NCBI GenBank assembly: GCA_044359815.1
Contig: JBIKLL010000009.1
Location: 1 to 62,773, forward strand
Reading direction: 5' to 3'
DNA: 62,773 nucleotides
Origin: Pseudobdellovibrionaceae bacterium
GTDB lineage: Bacteria; Bdellovibrionota; Bdellovibrionia; Bdellovibrionales; Bdellovibrionaceae
The notes below the pieces were generated by a model. It saw only the letters and a program-made list of their open reading frames with translations. It was not told the origin of the DNA and did no database searches. A program made the position numbers and the translations under genes. Positions 30,297-40,392 of the stretch are shown here, in pieces (position 1 is the stretch's first letter; every line of letters begins with the position of its first letter).

Positions 30297-30851
30297 ATCA
30301 AACGCAAATTGGCAAAATGATTTTTCGGTAAAATTCAATATTTAAAATATAGGTCCCTAAATTCCACTCCTTGTGAACACATTTGCGAGCGCGCATGGCA
30401 TATCTGGTGTTGAGGCATAATTTAAAAGCGCAATTTGTAACTGAATCTGATTTGCTTTTCTGAGTCCAGAATTTGTATTTTTAAATATGGTTATATTTTT
30501 TATACCTTGTGAATACTTGCTAACGGCCGCAAGCTCATCTCTCGTATTGAGTCATTTGGATTAAATAGGTTTATGATTAATTATCATAAACCTATTTAAT
30601 CCAAATGACTCAGCACCAGATATGCCATGCGCGCTCGCAAATGTATTCACAAGGTATAAAAAATATAACCATATTTAAAAATACAAATTCTGGACTCAGA
30701 AAATAACCCTTGATTGATTAATTGTTTTTAAGCTGATGACTCAATACGAGAGATGAGCTTGCGGCCGTTAGCAAGTGTTCACAAGGAGTGGAATTTAGGG
30801 ACCTAAATTTTGAATTTTACCGAAAAATTATTTTGTCAGTTTGCGTTTGAT
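30297..30851. repeat. Family A composite: outer element (Q'...P') containing an inner element of opposite orientation
   Basis: Outer arms 30297-30342/30806-30851 (4 mismatches) and perfect 30350-30380/30775-30805; Q' 30381-30418; P' 30736-30774. Confidence 0.92.
30456..30703. repeat. Family A inner element (P...Q)
   Basis: Perfect 61-bp arms 30456-30516/30643-30703; perfect 30-bp inner stem 30548-30577/30583-30612. Confidence 0.93.
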
Positions 30852-31457
30852 CACGACGAACAAAAACTCACCCAGCATGTAGGCAAACATCATCAGGATC
30901 AGGCCTGCAGTTTTTAAAAAAGCCCATGCGACGGATGACCAGGTGTAAGCAGCCCAAGTGGCGATGCCCGCTTGGATGATAAAAAATATTCCTAATCTGA
31001 AATTAATCCCATTCAATAGCTGGATGGCTTCAGGTGCCATATTTTGATTTTGTTTTTTTGCCAACTCAAGCAATAAAGGCTTTTTTAGCAAGCTGGATCC
31101 AATCAATAGCCCTGCAAAAATTATTTCAAACAGCGCAAGTTGCAATTTAAACCAAATCCCGTCTTGTAAATAGATTGAAACCAATCCCAGCAATACAATC
31201 AATGCATTCATTCCCCAGGTAATGGCTGAAACCTTTTGGTATCTGATTCTTTCGTAAATGATTTCAGCAATGCCGACGATCAATGCCGCCACTGTTCCCC
31301 AAACGACCCCGTAATATTCTTCAATAAATGTAAATAACAGAACAGGAGTCAGCAGAAATAAAAACTGCCATTTGTTGGTTTGGTTTCGGGATCCATTTTT
31401 TGTCAGACTGTCGGTACTAGGATTGAGCTTTCCGTTAGGGTTGTTAGCTGAACTCAA
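30828..31457 (-). CDS. Intracellular septation protein A (IspZ/YciB)-like membrane protein; start uncertain
   Basis: TM helices, DGIWFKL, KKPLL, WAFLK. Confidence 0.7.
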   Translation of the reverse strand: MSSANNPNGKLNPSTDSLTKNGSRNQTNKWQFLFLLTPVLLFTFIEEYYGVVWGTVAALIVGIAEIIYERIRYQKVSAITWGMNALIVLLGLVSIYLQDGIWFKLQLALFEIIFAGLLIGSSLLKKPLLLELAKKQNQNMAPEAIQLLNGINFRLGIFFIIQAGIATWAAYTWSSVAWAFLKTAGLILMMFAYMLGEFLFVVIKRKLTK

Positions 31458-32769
31458 CCAAGGTCCCTTTGCCAACGGCAGAATGCTGGTTTTCCTGTAA
31501 TGCCCATTTGCCATTGATTAAAACTGAATGCACTTGGCCGGTCACATTCATGCCATCATACGGGGTCCAACCACTTTTGGTTTTCATATCACTGTTTGAA
31601 ATCACAAATTGTTTTTTTAAATCAACAATTGTTAAATCTGCATCCATGCCCTCGGCTATGCGGCCTTTGCTCAGGCAGCCAAAAGTTTTTCTGGGGCCTT
31701 CGCCTACCAGCTCGACAAATCTGAGTAAGCTTAATTTTTTGTTGTGCACATGATTGAGCATAATCGGAACTAGGGTTTGCGCCCCTGGCATTCCCGATGG
31801 CGAGGTTGGATAGGGTTTTTGTTTTTCGCTCAGTAAATGAGGGGCATGATCTGAACCCAGCACATCAACAGTGCCATCAGTAACAGCTTTCCACAAAAAT
31901 TCCAGATGGCGTTTGTCTCTAATGGGTGGATTTTGTTGTGCCAATGTCCCCAGGCGTTCGTAGCATTCAGGCCCTGAAAAGGTTAAAAACTGGGGCAAAA
32001 TTTCGACTGTGGCTAAGTCCTTTTGGCCTTTTAAAAAATCCATTTCTTCAGCACTGGAAATATGCAGGACGTGGACAAAATGTTTGTGTTTTCTGGCCAG
32101 GGCCATCAGTCTTTTGGTTGATGACAGTGCGGATTCTTCATTGCGCCAAAGACTGTGAGTTGCAACATTTTTACTGTCAATCGCCAGTTGCTTGCGAGTT
32201 CTCAGGATGTATTCATCCTCAGAGTGAACGATGATCCGTCTTTTGGTGTGAGTCAGAATCTGTTCCAGTGTTTTGTCGTCTTCAACCAATAAAGTTCCGG
32301 TTGAGCTTCCCATAAATATCTTTACACCGGGGCAGCCTTTCATGGTTTCCAGTTCGGACAACTGTTGTATGTTTTCAGATCCGCCACCAATAAAAAACGC
32401 ATAATTAACCCATGCAGAATTTTTAGCTGATGCAATTTTATTTAAAAATTCTTGTTTGTTTGTGGTGGGTGGAATGGTGTTTGGCATTTCAAAAATGCTG
32501 GTAACACCTCCGTATAAGGCTGACAGCATTCCTGAACTTAAATCTTCTTTGTGGGTCATGCCCGGTTCACGAAAATGCACTTGGCTGTCAATTACACCTG
32601 GCAAAACCGTCAGATGAGTTGCATCCATTTCGTGATTGGCTTTAATCTGATCCGAGGAAACTTTGCTGATTTTGTCCCTGGTGATGGCAATGTTAACTCT
32701 ACTTTGGACAAGCTGGCTACCATTCCAAACAACGGCTTCTGCATTTTTGATCACTAAATCGTAGTTCAT
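31444..32769 (-). CDS. pyrC: Dihydroorotase
   Basis: LPGVIDSQVHFREPG, EMPNT, GSDHAPH, GWTPYDG. Confidence 0.92.
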   Translation of the reverse strand: MNYDLVIKNAEAVVWNGSQLVQSRVNIAITRDKISKVSSDQIKANHEMDATHLTVLPGVIDSQVHFREPGMTHKEDLSSGMLSALYGGVTSIFEMPNTIPPTTNKQEFLNKIASAKNSAWVNYAFFIGGGSENIQQLSELETMKGCPGVKIFMGSSTGTLLVEDDKTLEQILTHTKRRIIVHSEDEYILRTRKQLAIDSKNVATHSLWRNEESALSSTKRLMALARKHKHFVHVLHISSAEEMDFLKGQKDLATVEILPQFLTFSGPECYERLGTLAQQNPPIRDKRHLEFLWKAVTDGTVDVLGSDHAPHLLSEKQKPYPTSPSGMPGAQTLVPIMLNHVHNKKLSLLRFVELVGEGPRKTFGCLSKGRIAEGMDADLTIVDLKKQFVISNSDMKTKSGWTPYDGMNVTGQVHSVLINGKWALQENQHSAVGKGTLVEFS

Positions 32770-32856
32770 AAATTTATTTGTACCTATTGAATCGATCTAG
32801 GTCTAGCTGGCATATTGACCCAAAGCAATGTCCACTGAGACAATTTTAATACGAAC

Positions 32857-33918
32857 ATGTCTGTGGATTCACTGCTGAAATTCATTTTTAACCACAACAC
32901 TGCCATTATTGAGGTGTTGATTGCGCTGACCGCCTTGGCGGCCTTATTTTTATCCTTCAGATCTTTTATGACTCAGGATACTGGCGGTGGGGATTTTTCA
33001 AAGCTTGAAGAAACTTTGAAAAAGCTCTTAGAAAAAGCTGGCACAGTGACTGCCAAGGCTCCGGTTGGGGCTTCTGCCGCGGCGCCGAGTTCTGAAAGCG
33101 GAAATCTGCTGGCTGAAATTTCGACCCTCAAAACAGAGCTTGAAGACAAAAAGAAAATGATCGATGAAATTCAAAAATCTGCTGAAGGCGGTAAGGGCGC
33201 TGGTGCTGGAATTTCGCCCGAAGAAAAATCAAAACTGGAAGCTAAAATAAAAGAGCTTGAAGGCAAGCTGTCAGAATACGAAATCATCAGTGAGGACATC
33301 GCTGATTTATCAAAATACAAAGAACAAAATGTTAAATTAAAAGCTGAACTGGAAGATCTGAAGAAAAATCAAACAGCAGCGCCAGCGGCCGCACCTGCAC
33401 CAGTGGCACCAGCACCGGTGGCACCCGCACCAGCACCAGTTTCTGCGCCTGCGGAAGCTCAGCCACCAGCGGCTGCCCCTGAGCCCGTAGCTGCGGCGCC
33501 TGTTCAACCTGCCGCCGCGAGCCCTGCTCCTGCTGCTCAGGCGACAGATGCTGGCAGTGTGGTCGACGATGATTTAATGAAAGAGTTCGCTGCTGCCGTT
33601 GAAAATCAGAAAAAAACTGAATCAGAACAAAAGGCAGCTCCCGCTCCAGCCGCAGTTGCGGCTCCAGCAGCTGCGCCAGCCGCAGAACCAGTGGGTGAAA
33701 TTGATCTAGGCGCTATGGATGTTGATAAAATGGCCGCAGAGGCTGCTAAAATCACAGACACCTCTGGACCAGAGATTTCGTTTGAAGAGGCCGTTGGCAC
33801 AAATTTGAACGAAGACAAATTGTTAGCTGAAGCTTCTGGGATGGAAGGCACTAGTTTGGCCGAGGAAAAAAAGCTTTTAGGTCAGTTTGAAGATTACGTT
33901 AAAAAAAACCAAACTTAG
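32857..33918 (+). CDS. Membrane-anchored coiled-coil, Pro/Ala-rich hypothetical protein
   Basis: N-terminal TM, coiled coil, APAP low-complexity linker, acidic tail. Confidence 0.75.
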   Translation: MSVDSLLKFIFNHNTAIIEVLIALTALAALFLSFRSFMTQDTGGGDFSKLEETLKKLLEKAGTVTAKAPVGASAAAPSSESGNLLAEISTLKTELEDKKKMIDEIQKSAEGGKGAGAGISPEEKSKLEAKIKELEGKLSEYEIISEDIADLSKYKEQNVKLKAELEDLKKNQTAAPAAAPAPVAPAPVAPAPAPVSAPAEAQPPAAAPEPVAAAPVQPAAASPAPAAQATDAGSVVDDDLMKEFAAAVENQKKTESEQKAAPAPAAVAAPAAAPAAEPVGEIDLGAMDVDKMAAEAAKITDTSGPEISFEEAVGTNLNEDKLLAEASGMEGTSLAEEKKLLGQFEDYVKKNQT

Positions 33919-33928
33919 AAAGTTTAAA

Positions 33929-34510
33929 ATGAAACCATTCACGGCATTGTTTTGGGGAATCTTTTGCTTGGCCATCAACGCTCAAGCGGCTTTTAAAAAA
34001 ACCACTGATCTGACGTTGATGCAATCAAATAAATACGAAGACATTTTGTCAGTAGCCAATGACAAAACCATCGAATACGAAACCCGATGGAAGGCTGTTA
34101 TGCAGCTGGCGGACTCAAGCCCCACGCGGGCCATCACTGATTTAAAAGAATTTTTGTCTGGAAAGGAATGGTTTATCCGCAGTGCCGCTATGACAGCCCT
34201 GAATGAAATTAACCCCTCAGAAGGCAAGTCTGCCGCTTTAAAATTGTTGTCTGACCGGGCCCTGGTAGTCAGGTCAGCCGCCGTGCAGGTGCTGGAGTCT
34301 CATATTGATACACAGGTGCGATCAAGACTTTGGCAGGAAATGGCGGCATCCTATAATTTCAGAAAAAAGCAAAGCTTATGGGTCAGGGGGCAGATCCTGA
34401 GTTTACTGTCGCAAAAGCCTTTACCCAGCGAAAAAAAGCAGTTTGAGAATCTGAAATCAGATTCAGACAAAAGGGTTTCTGCCGTCGCCAGCGGTGTAAT
34501 CCTAAAATGA
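33929..34510 (+). CDS. Secreted HEAT-repeat protein
   Basis: Signal peptide; WFIRSAAM, DRALVVRSAAV, LWVRGQ repeats. Confidence 0.8.
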   Translation: MKPFTALFWGIFCLAINAQAAFKKTTDLTLMQSNKYEDILSVANDKTIEYETRWKAVMQLADSSPTRAITDLKEFLSGKEWFIRSAAMTALNEINPSEGKSAALKLLSDRALVVRSAAVQVLESHIDTQVRSRLWQEMAASYNFRKKQSLWVRGQILSLLSQKPLPSEKKQFENLKSDSDKRVSAVASGVILK

Positions 34511-34639
34511 AACACTAAAATTTGTCTTAATATTGGACGCAGTCAAAGCTGTGGACAATTTTTTGTCTTCAAATAAAAGCAAATCACAAACAAGCCAGCA
34601 CGACCTATGCAATGACTTATCATCACAGGGGGAAAAGCT

Positions 34640-35188
34640 GTGACGTTAACTCAATCTGCCACGTTGTTTGCTGTGTTTTTAGTTGTCCTGCAATACCAAA
34701 ACTGTTCCCGAATCAATCCAGCTATACTGAGTAAGCCATCCTTCAGTGCAACGGATGGAATCATAGAATCATCTGCAGGCAGATCCATAGCCTCCAACAA
34801 AATTGAACAATTAAATTCAACTGAAAAAGCACGTTTTGAAAGCGAATGCACAGATCCGCATAAACCAAATTTCAGCAATGTGATGGAGCTAAAAGACATG
34901 GACGGGATTTTTACCGCCTTTGCCGATCATTTTTCAAATATCACTAACATGGGTGGAACCTTGGTTTTAAAGGCTACTGAACCGGGGGCACAGATTGATC
35001 AGATTGCAGAATTTGGTGGAAAGCTGGTGCTGTGTGGATTTAATGTCAAGAACATCGAAAACACAAATGGCAAAATTGTCGTCGTTGATGGCAAAATCGA
35101 AAATCTAAAAAATCACGAAGGCAATATTGTATTGGTGCGAAGTCATTTAATGGCTGCCAACAAGCTGAAAGGCCTGGTCTTAAAATAA
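34640..35188 (+). CDS. Exported lipoprotein-like hypothetical protein
   Basis: Hydrophobic leader ending YQNCS; repeated ...GxLVL beta strands; G-rich SD. Confidence 0.7.
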   Translation: MTLTQSATLFAVFLVVLQYQNCSRINPAILSKPSFSATDGIIESSAGRSIASNKIEQLNSTEKARFESECTDPHKPNFSNVMELKDMDGIFTAFADHFSNITNMGGTLVLKATEPGAQIDQIAEFGGKLVLCGFNVKNIENTNGKIVVVDGKIENLKNHEGNIVLVRSHLMAANKLKGLVLK

Positions 35189-35216
35189 CTTTTCAAATCA
35201 ATCAGGTCTTGTTCTA

Positions 35217-35783
35217 ATGAATCAGATGGGATTGCTGCAAGAATTTGCCAAAAAAAATCAAAAAACTTATGAAGCTCTGAAACTGATTTTAATCGTTGGT
35301 GCTTTGGTTTATCTGTTTGAGTTGTCAAAGGACCTGTTTGACTACACTCAGGTGAACGGTTTTTTTGTGGGGCTATTGGTTTTTGGTATTTATTTGTTTG
35401 TGATGAATCCAATCCAGAAATTTGGGCTCAGTTATCAGGCCGAAACTGGGATTTTTGTGATTACGACAACAGTTTTTGTACTGTACTTTTTTATAACGGT
35501 TCTATATCCCCGAGTTTTGGCTGAAGAGGAAGCCAATGCGCCTTGCGGTGCCAACACTATGGAATTTCGATGTTATAATATGTCGAAAGGTGCCTGCAAA
35601 TCGGCCTGGGAATACTATGAAAGCGGCTGCAAGGCCGAGGCTGAAACAAATCGAGCAGCACCCACCAAACTGGTTGGCGGAGGAGTCAAGAAATGCGTGC
35701 ACAGAAATTTTGCTAAGCACATGGCCTTCAACCAGCGCCTTGATCAACCCGGTTGCAGATCCTTTGTTGAATCCCTCAGATAA
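35217..35783 (+). CDS. Membrane protein with Cys-rich C-terminal domain
   Basis: Three TM segments, six Cys in the C-terminal domain. Confidence 0.7.
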   Translation: MNQMGLLQEFAKKNQKTYEALKLILIVGALVYLFELSKDLFDYTQVNGFFVGLLVFGIYLFVMNPIQKFGLSYQAETGIFVITTTVFVLYFFITVLYPRVLAEEEANAPCGANTMEFRCYNMSKGACKSAWEYYESGCKAEAETNRAAPTKLVGGGVKKCVHRNFAKHMAFNQRLDQPGCRSFVESLR

Positions 35784-35791
35784 ATAAAAAA

Positions 35792-37261
35792 CTAATTTCT
35801 AAGATCCACAAATCTTTTGCGAATCAGTGAAGAGGCAAAATCAAAAATCAACACCACTGACAATATCAGAACCAAAATGGCAAAAACTGAAGGGAAGTCC
35901 CGCCACTCTAGACTTTGCACTAAATCTTGACCTATGCCACCGGCCCCAACCAGGCCCAGAAGCGATGCTGATCTGACATTGTATTCAAGCATAAACACAA
36001 AGGCTGAAATCATTAAGGGTCTTGTCATCGGTAATACCGAAAAATAAAGGGCCTGCCAGCGGCTAGCGCCAAATTGCCTGAGGGATGAAAAAGGTTTTTG
36101 CTCCATATCCTCGAAGCCTTCATAAATCCATTTACTGAGGTAACCAACGGTGTAAACAGAAAGCGCTGCAATCCCTGCCACTGTGCCCAGTCCCAATCCA
36201 GCAACAAAAAGCATCGCCCATACCAACGAGGGAATGCTTCTGAGCATGACCAACAGAAAACGGAAAGGAACAGATATAAATTTCGGAAAAAAACTGTACG
36301 CAGCTAAAAAACTGAGTGGCAAAGCGATCAGAAAACCAAAAAATGTACCCAGAAATGCCATTTGCAAAGTCAGTAAAAGTCTTTCAAGAAGAAACCACCA
36401 TGACACCTGTTGAAGGCTTGCTGGTGAATGAATAAATAGTTTCTGAAAAAAACTCAGAACCTCGTTGCCTGCGTTTTCAGAATTAAAGCCCTCCAAAGAC
36501 AGAAAGTTTATGCATAACACTGCAAAAATAAATACTCCCACAAAAAGCGCAGTTTCCCACGGGCCACTGTGTTTCAAAATTGAGAGGGGTTTTTGTTTTT
36601 GCTCAGTAAGGCCTTGTTGACCCAGAAAAACCCTTCCGTCATGGATGCTCCAGGTTTCATTAAAGTATTTATTTACGACGGCAAGATTGTGGGTTGATAG
36701 CAGCAAACAGAATCCATATTTTTTTTGGATTTTGCAAATGTAGTCCATAATTTCAGTGGTCGTGGAGTGGTCCAAACTGCTAAAGGGCTCATCCGCTAAA
36801 AGCACTTCTGGCTTAGCCATCAGGGCTCGAGCAATCGCAACCCTTTGCTTTTGACCGCCTGACAAGGTTGAAACAGGTTGATCAATAACAGAGTTCAGAC
36901 CAAAATCTTCAGCCAACGATTTAGCCTCTTGCAAAATTTGTGGTGAAAAGTGAAGACTGTGGGCGGGTATTCTGCCCAGTGCGCCCATCAAGATATTTTC
37001 TAAACAAGTTTTTTCAATAACCAAATGCAGTTCCTGATGAATGAAGGCTACTTTTGATGTTCTGAGCAGTTCTTGGGAATCTGGCAGATCTAAAAGGCCA
37101 CCGAAAATTTTTAACAGTGTTGATTTGCCACCACCGGAGGGGCCTACTAAAGCAATGGCCAAACCTGCGGTCAGTTTGAGCGCTGGGCAACTCAAAGAAA
37201 AATGTGAGCTTTTTCCGTAATTAAAAACAAATCCTTCTGTCTGAAGAAGGATCCTGCTCAT
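35792..37261 (-). CDS. Fused phosphonate/phosphite-type ABC ATPase and permease (PhnC-PhnE)
   Basis: GPSGGGKST, LSGGQKQRVAIAR, LADEP, then RSIPSLVWA, EYNVRSASLLGLVGAGGIG. Confidence 0.88.
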   Translation of the reverse strand: MSRILLQTEGFVFNYGKSSHFSLSCPALKLTAGLAIALVGPSGGGKSTLLKIFGGLLDLPDSQELLRTSKVAFIHQELHLVIEKTCLENILMGALGRIPAHSLHFSPQILQEAKSLAEDFGLNSVIDQPVSTLSGGQKQRVAIARALMAKPEVLLADEPFSSLDHSTTTEIMDYICKIQKKYGFCLLLSTHNLAVVNKYFNETWSIHDGRVFLGQQGLTEQKQKPLSILKHSGPWETALFVGVFIFAVLCINFLSLEGFNSENAGNEVLSFFQKLFIHSPASLQQVSWWFLLERLLLTLQMAFLGTFFGFLIALPLSFLAAYSFFPKFISVPFRFLLVMLRSIPSLVWAMLFVAGLGLGTVAGIAALSVYTVGYLSKWIYEGFEDMEQKPFSSLRQFGASRWQALYFSVLPMTRPLMISAFVFMLEYNVRSASLLGLVGAGGIGQDLVQSLEWRDFPSVFAILVLILSVVLIFDFASSLIRKRFVDLRN

Positions 37262-38145
37262 TTGACAAAGGTTTTCGCATCAAGCCCGGTGTCTTTGAGC
37301 GCCTGTCGTGTCTTGACAATATGGTTTTCAGTATCTGCAGGAGCTATCAATTCGGCAGCACCATAAACACTGGACAGCATCTGACCCTGTTGTTGAGACA
37401 GTTTCATCAACGCAGCTTGGATTTTGGTTTTTAATTGTTTGGACAAATCAGATCTGACAGCAATCAAATGTGTCGGCACTCCAGAGTTTCTTTTTAAGAT
37501 TCTAATTTGATTGCGCTGTTCTTTGGTGCCATACAAATCGGCCTTTACGCCTTCAATCACATAGTCACTAAAGGCAGCGGCGTCGGCTTGACCGCTGACC
37601 ACTGCTTGTAAGGCTTTATCGTAACCGCCTGCATACAAAATCTGAGAAAAATATTTATCTGCCTGTTGATAGTCGGAAACTTGTTTTTCTTGGACCAATA
37701 ATGCCAATGGCATCAGGTATCCAGAGGTGCTTGTTTGAGAAGTGAAGGCCATCTTTTTGCCTTTTAGTTCTGTGACTTCTTTGATGGGACTGTCTTTGCG
37801 AACAACTAACAGTGAATCGTAATCTGTGCGGCCATTTCTTTTTTCAACTGCAATGATTTCAACAGGGGCTTCTTTCTTTGCCAATATATAAGGAAGTGAA
37901 TCCATGTAGGCGACTTGGACTTTGTTTGAAATCAAAGCCTGCACACTGGCTCCGTAGGACATCGGAATCATAACTTCTACTTTGACTCCGATTTCTTTAG
38001 ACAGAAAATCTGCGACCTGTTTTGCTTGGGTTTGCAGTTCTTCTGGAGCTTTTTGCTTCTGAAAACTAAACATCAGAGTTTCTGGGTCTTTGGCAAAACA
38101 CAAGCTACCAAAAAGTGCTATCATCATTGCTGCAAGGTAACGCAT
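37258..38145 (-). CDS. phnD: Phosphate/phosphite/phosphonate ABC substrate-binding protein
   Basis: Signal peptide, STSGYLMP, VVSGQADAA; adjacent to the phnC-phnE fusion. Confidence 0.85.
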   Translation of the reverse strand: MRYLAAMMIALFGSLCFAKDPETLMFSFQKQKAPEELQTQAKQVADFLSKEIGVKVEVMIPMSYGASVQALISNKVQVAYMDSLPYILAKKEAPVEIIAVEKRNGRTDYDSLLVVRKDSPIKEVTELKGKKMAFTSQTSTSGYLMPLALLVQEKQVSDYQQADKYFSQILYAGGYDKALQAVVSGQADAAAFSDYVIEGVKADLYGTKEQRNQIRILKRNSGVPTHLIAVRSDLSKQLKTKIQAALMKLSQQQGQMLSSVYGAAELIAPADTENHIVKTRQALKDTGLDAKTFVK

Positions 38146-38267
38146 AATTAAATCCGCCTGTAATGAGTTTCCCGAAGCTATAACTAATGTACCGGCAATT
38201 GGTAAAGGAAGATCCTGCAAAGCCCAGCAAATGAAAATCTAATGAAAACCCTTGGTTCTGATTTTGG

Positions 38268-38807
38268 TTATTTATAGTCTTTCTTGCGCATAATTGATTC
38301 TGTATAAGCAAGCATTAAAGAGCTCAGTAAGAACACAACGTGGATGATTACCTGCCACATAATCTGATCACCGGCTTTTTCTTTAATATTAATGAAAGAT
38401 TTCAGTAAATGAATTCCCGAGATACCAACCAAAGCGGTTGCAAGTTTGACCTTCAGAGTTCCAGCATCAATTTTTTCTAACCAGTCTGGTTTGTCAGGGT
38501 GGTTGGTAAGATCAATCCGACTGACAAAGGTTGCATAGCCCCCAATGATCACCATGATTAGTAAATTCGCCACCATGGTGATGTCCACCAAAGTCAGAAC
38601 CCCCAACATCAACATTTCCTCAGTGATCGTCTGAACTGTTGCTACCAAATGAATCAGTTCCACCAGAAATTTGTAGGCATACAATACCCCAGCAACAATT
38701 AGTCCTGCGTAAAGAGGGGCTTGAAACCAACGGCTGGCAAAAATAATTCCCTCAAAAAAACCTTCAATTTTCTTGTGGGTGCTCGTATTTGATTTGGTAT
38801 TTGTCAT
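38268..38807 (-). CDS. YqhA/UPF0114 family membrane protein
   Basis: IFASRWFQAPLY, ANLLIMVIIGGY, LKVKL, SGIHLLKSF. Confidence 0.9.
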   Translation of the reverse strand: MTNTKSNTSTHKKIEGFFEGIIFASRWFQAPLYAGLIVAGVLYAYKFLVELIHLVATVQTITEEMLMLGVLTLVDITMVANLLIMVIIGGYATFVSRIDLTNHPDKPDWLEKIDAGTLKVKLATALVGISGIHLLKSFINIKEKAGDQIMWQVIIHVVFLLSSLMLAYTESIMRKKDYK

Positions 38808-39054
38808 GGGGCAGTTTTCTCCGATTGGTTGGTTGCTGGCTTGGGCTTACTTCTGCCACAGCCTATCCAGCCAAGCAAGCTTTTGGATTGTGTCACAACC
38901 GTTGATGCATTTTGTTTTTCTGAGATTTAGGAGGGACAAAAAGGGGTCTTTTCAGAGGGGAAAACTGTAATCCTTATGCCCGCGACTGTGTCAGCGCCAA
39001 TTAAAATTCAGTGGCAGCAGTCATTGATTTTGCACAGCTGTACAGTGGTGATTT

Positions 39055-40392
39055 ATGACACTGATTGGATTATGGCTTTTTATTTATATTCAGTATAAGC
39101 ACTTGCCCCTGGCCGCGGCGGCAGAGGTTGCTGTGCCTGTTGGTCAATCGCAGAGTCAATCCCAGCAGATCACTGAAATCAACAATGCAGACCTGGAATC
39201 CATTGGTCCTTTGTTGTTTCAAGGCAGAACTAATTATTGTTATTCGTATGTGGCGGCGGATTTGATCAGTCAAGAATTAGGCGAACGGGTTTCGCCGGCG
39301 CAATTGGCGCTGACCTATCAGACATTTAATTATCAAAAAAATAAGCACGATACCACTGGCGAAATTGCTCTAAAGGGCAATGGGGGATCAGCAACCAGAG
39401 TCATTGAAATGATTCGCAATAGGGGATTTTGCAAGGACAGTGATCAGTATTCAAGATATTTTCAAACATGGATCGAAAAGCCCAAAAAATTTGCCTTACC
39501 AGATCCCCAGATTCCACCTGTGCAATTCAGAGCCAGAGTTTTTGAAAATGTCAGAGTGTTAGTTTCAAATAAAAATTATTTACGGCAGGTTGATCATCTG
39601 GGAACAGATTGTCGGATTTTAAACTTTGCAAAAAGCAACAACAAGTCTGCAGCTATTTATGAAACCTATTATCAATGTGCAAGCTTGCTTAAAAGCCATG
39701 ATGACCAAAGCCGGTCTGCGGGTACCCAACATCAAGGGGTAAAATTAATCGGGCCTGTGCCTTGGTTTGAAGGTGATTCGCAAGCGGGTGGCAGAGTGTG
39801 GCAATCAGGTCATTACATTGTGATGCCGGAGTCGCAGGATTTGCAGAGTCTTTTGCAGCAGGATTTACCAGAGCCTTTTAAGGGTTACACTTTGATTCAA
39901 ATAAACAGCAGCGGGGCTGGTCGACAAATTGCCAGCGTCACAGAGTCAGATGACGAAGCTGTTGGCATTTACACTCCATTTAAGGCAGTGGGATCGCGCA
40001 AAAATAGAGGTTCAGATTATTTTCCGGATAATGGCCAGGTTGGCAAATACAGTATGTTAGTGAATTCTTGTCAGCAAAAACTGTGGTTACCAGAAACAGT
40101 AAAAATAAATTTAAAATGTGATTTTGCAAAGCAAGGATCCCTGCAGACACACAACTCAGATTCTATTTTAGGAAATTTAGACAGATTGTTGGAATCAGGA
40201 AAAATCGTGGGATTTAGCCACAAAGCTACCGAGATGAATCACATCATCACAGTGATTGGCCGCAAATGTTCAGGGTCAAAACCCAGTGACTGTGTGTATA
40301 CGGTCAGAAATTCAGCCCAACCCAACGAAAAATTTAAAACCGCAGAATTCATTCTGCAAAAAGGCCTTTGCCTGTCCTGGCTGCAAAAGTGA
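39055..40392 (+). CDS. Putative papain-fold cysteine peptidase
   Basis: QGRTNYCYSY, HIITVIGR and VRNS match Gln/Cys/His/Asn of C1-like peptidases. Confidence 0.65.
   Translation: MTLIGLWLFIYIQYKHLPLAAAAEVAVPVGQSQSQSQQITEINNADLESIGPLLFQGRTNYCYSYVAADLISQELGERVSPAQLALTYQTFNYQKNKHDTTGEIALKGNGGSATRVIEMIRNRGFCKDSDQYSRYFQTWIEKPKKFALPDPQIPPVQFRARVFENVRVLVSNKNYLRQVDHLGTDCRILNFAKSNNKSAAIYETYYQCASLLKSHDDQSRSAGTQHQGVKLIGPVPWFEGDSQAGGRVWQSGHYIVMPESQDLQSLLQQDLPEPFKGYTLIQINSSGAGRQIASVTESDDEAVGIYTPFKAVGSRKNRGSDYFPDNGQVGKYSMLVNSCQQKLWLPETVKINLKCDFAKQGSLQTHNSDSILGNLDRLLESGKIVGFSHKATEMNHIITVIGRKCSGSKPSDCVYTVRNSAQPNEKFKTAEFILQKGLCLSWLQK

Noticed and set aside
30297..30851. Amplification or assembly fold-back chimera as the source of the palindromes
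   Set aside because: The same asymmetric cores recur at independent loci, flanking genes are intact and arms carry mismatches; read-level confirmation is still advisable
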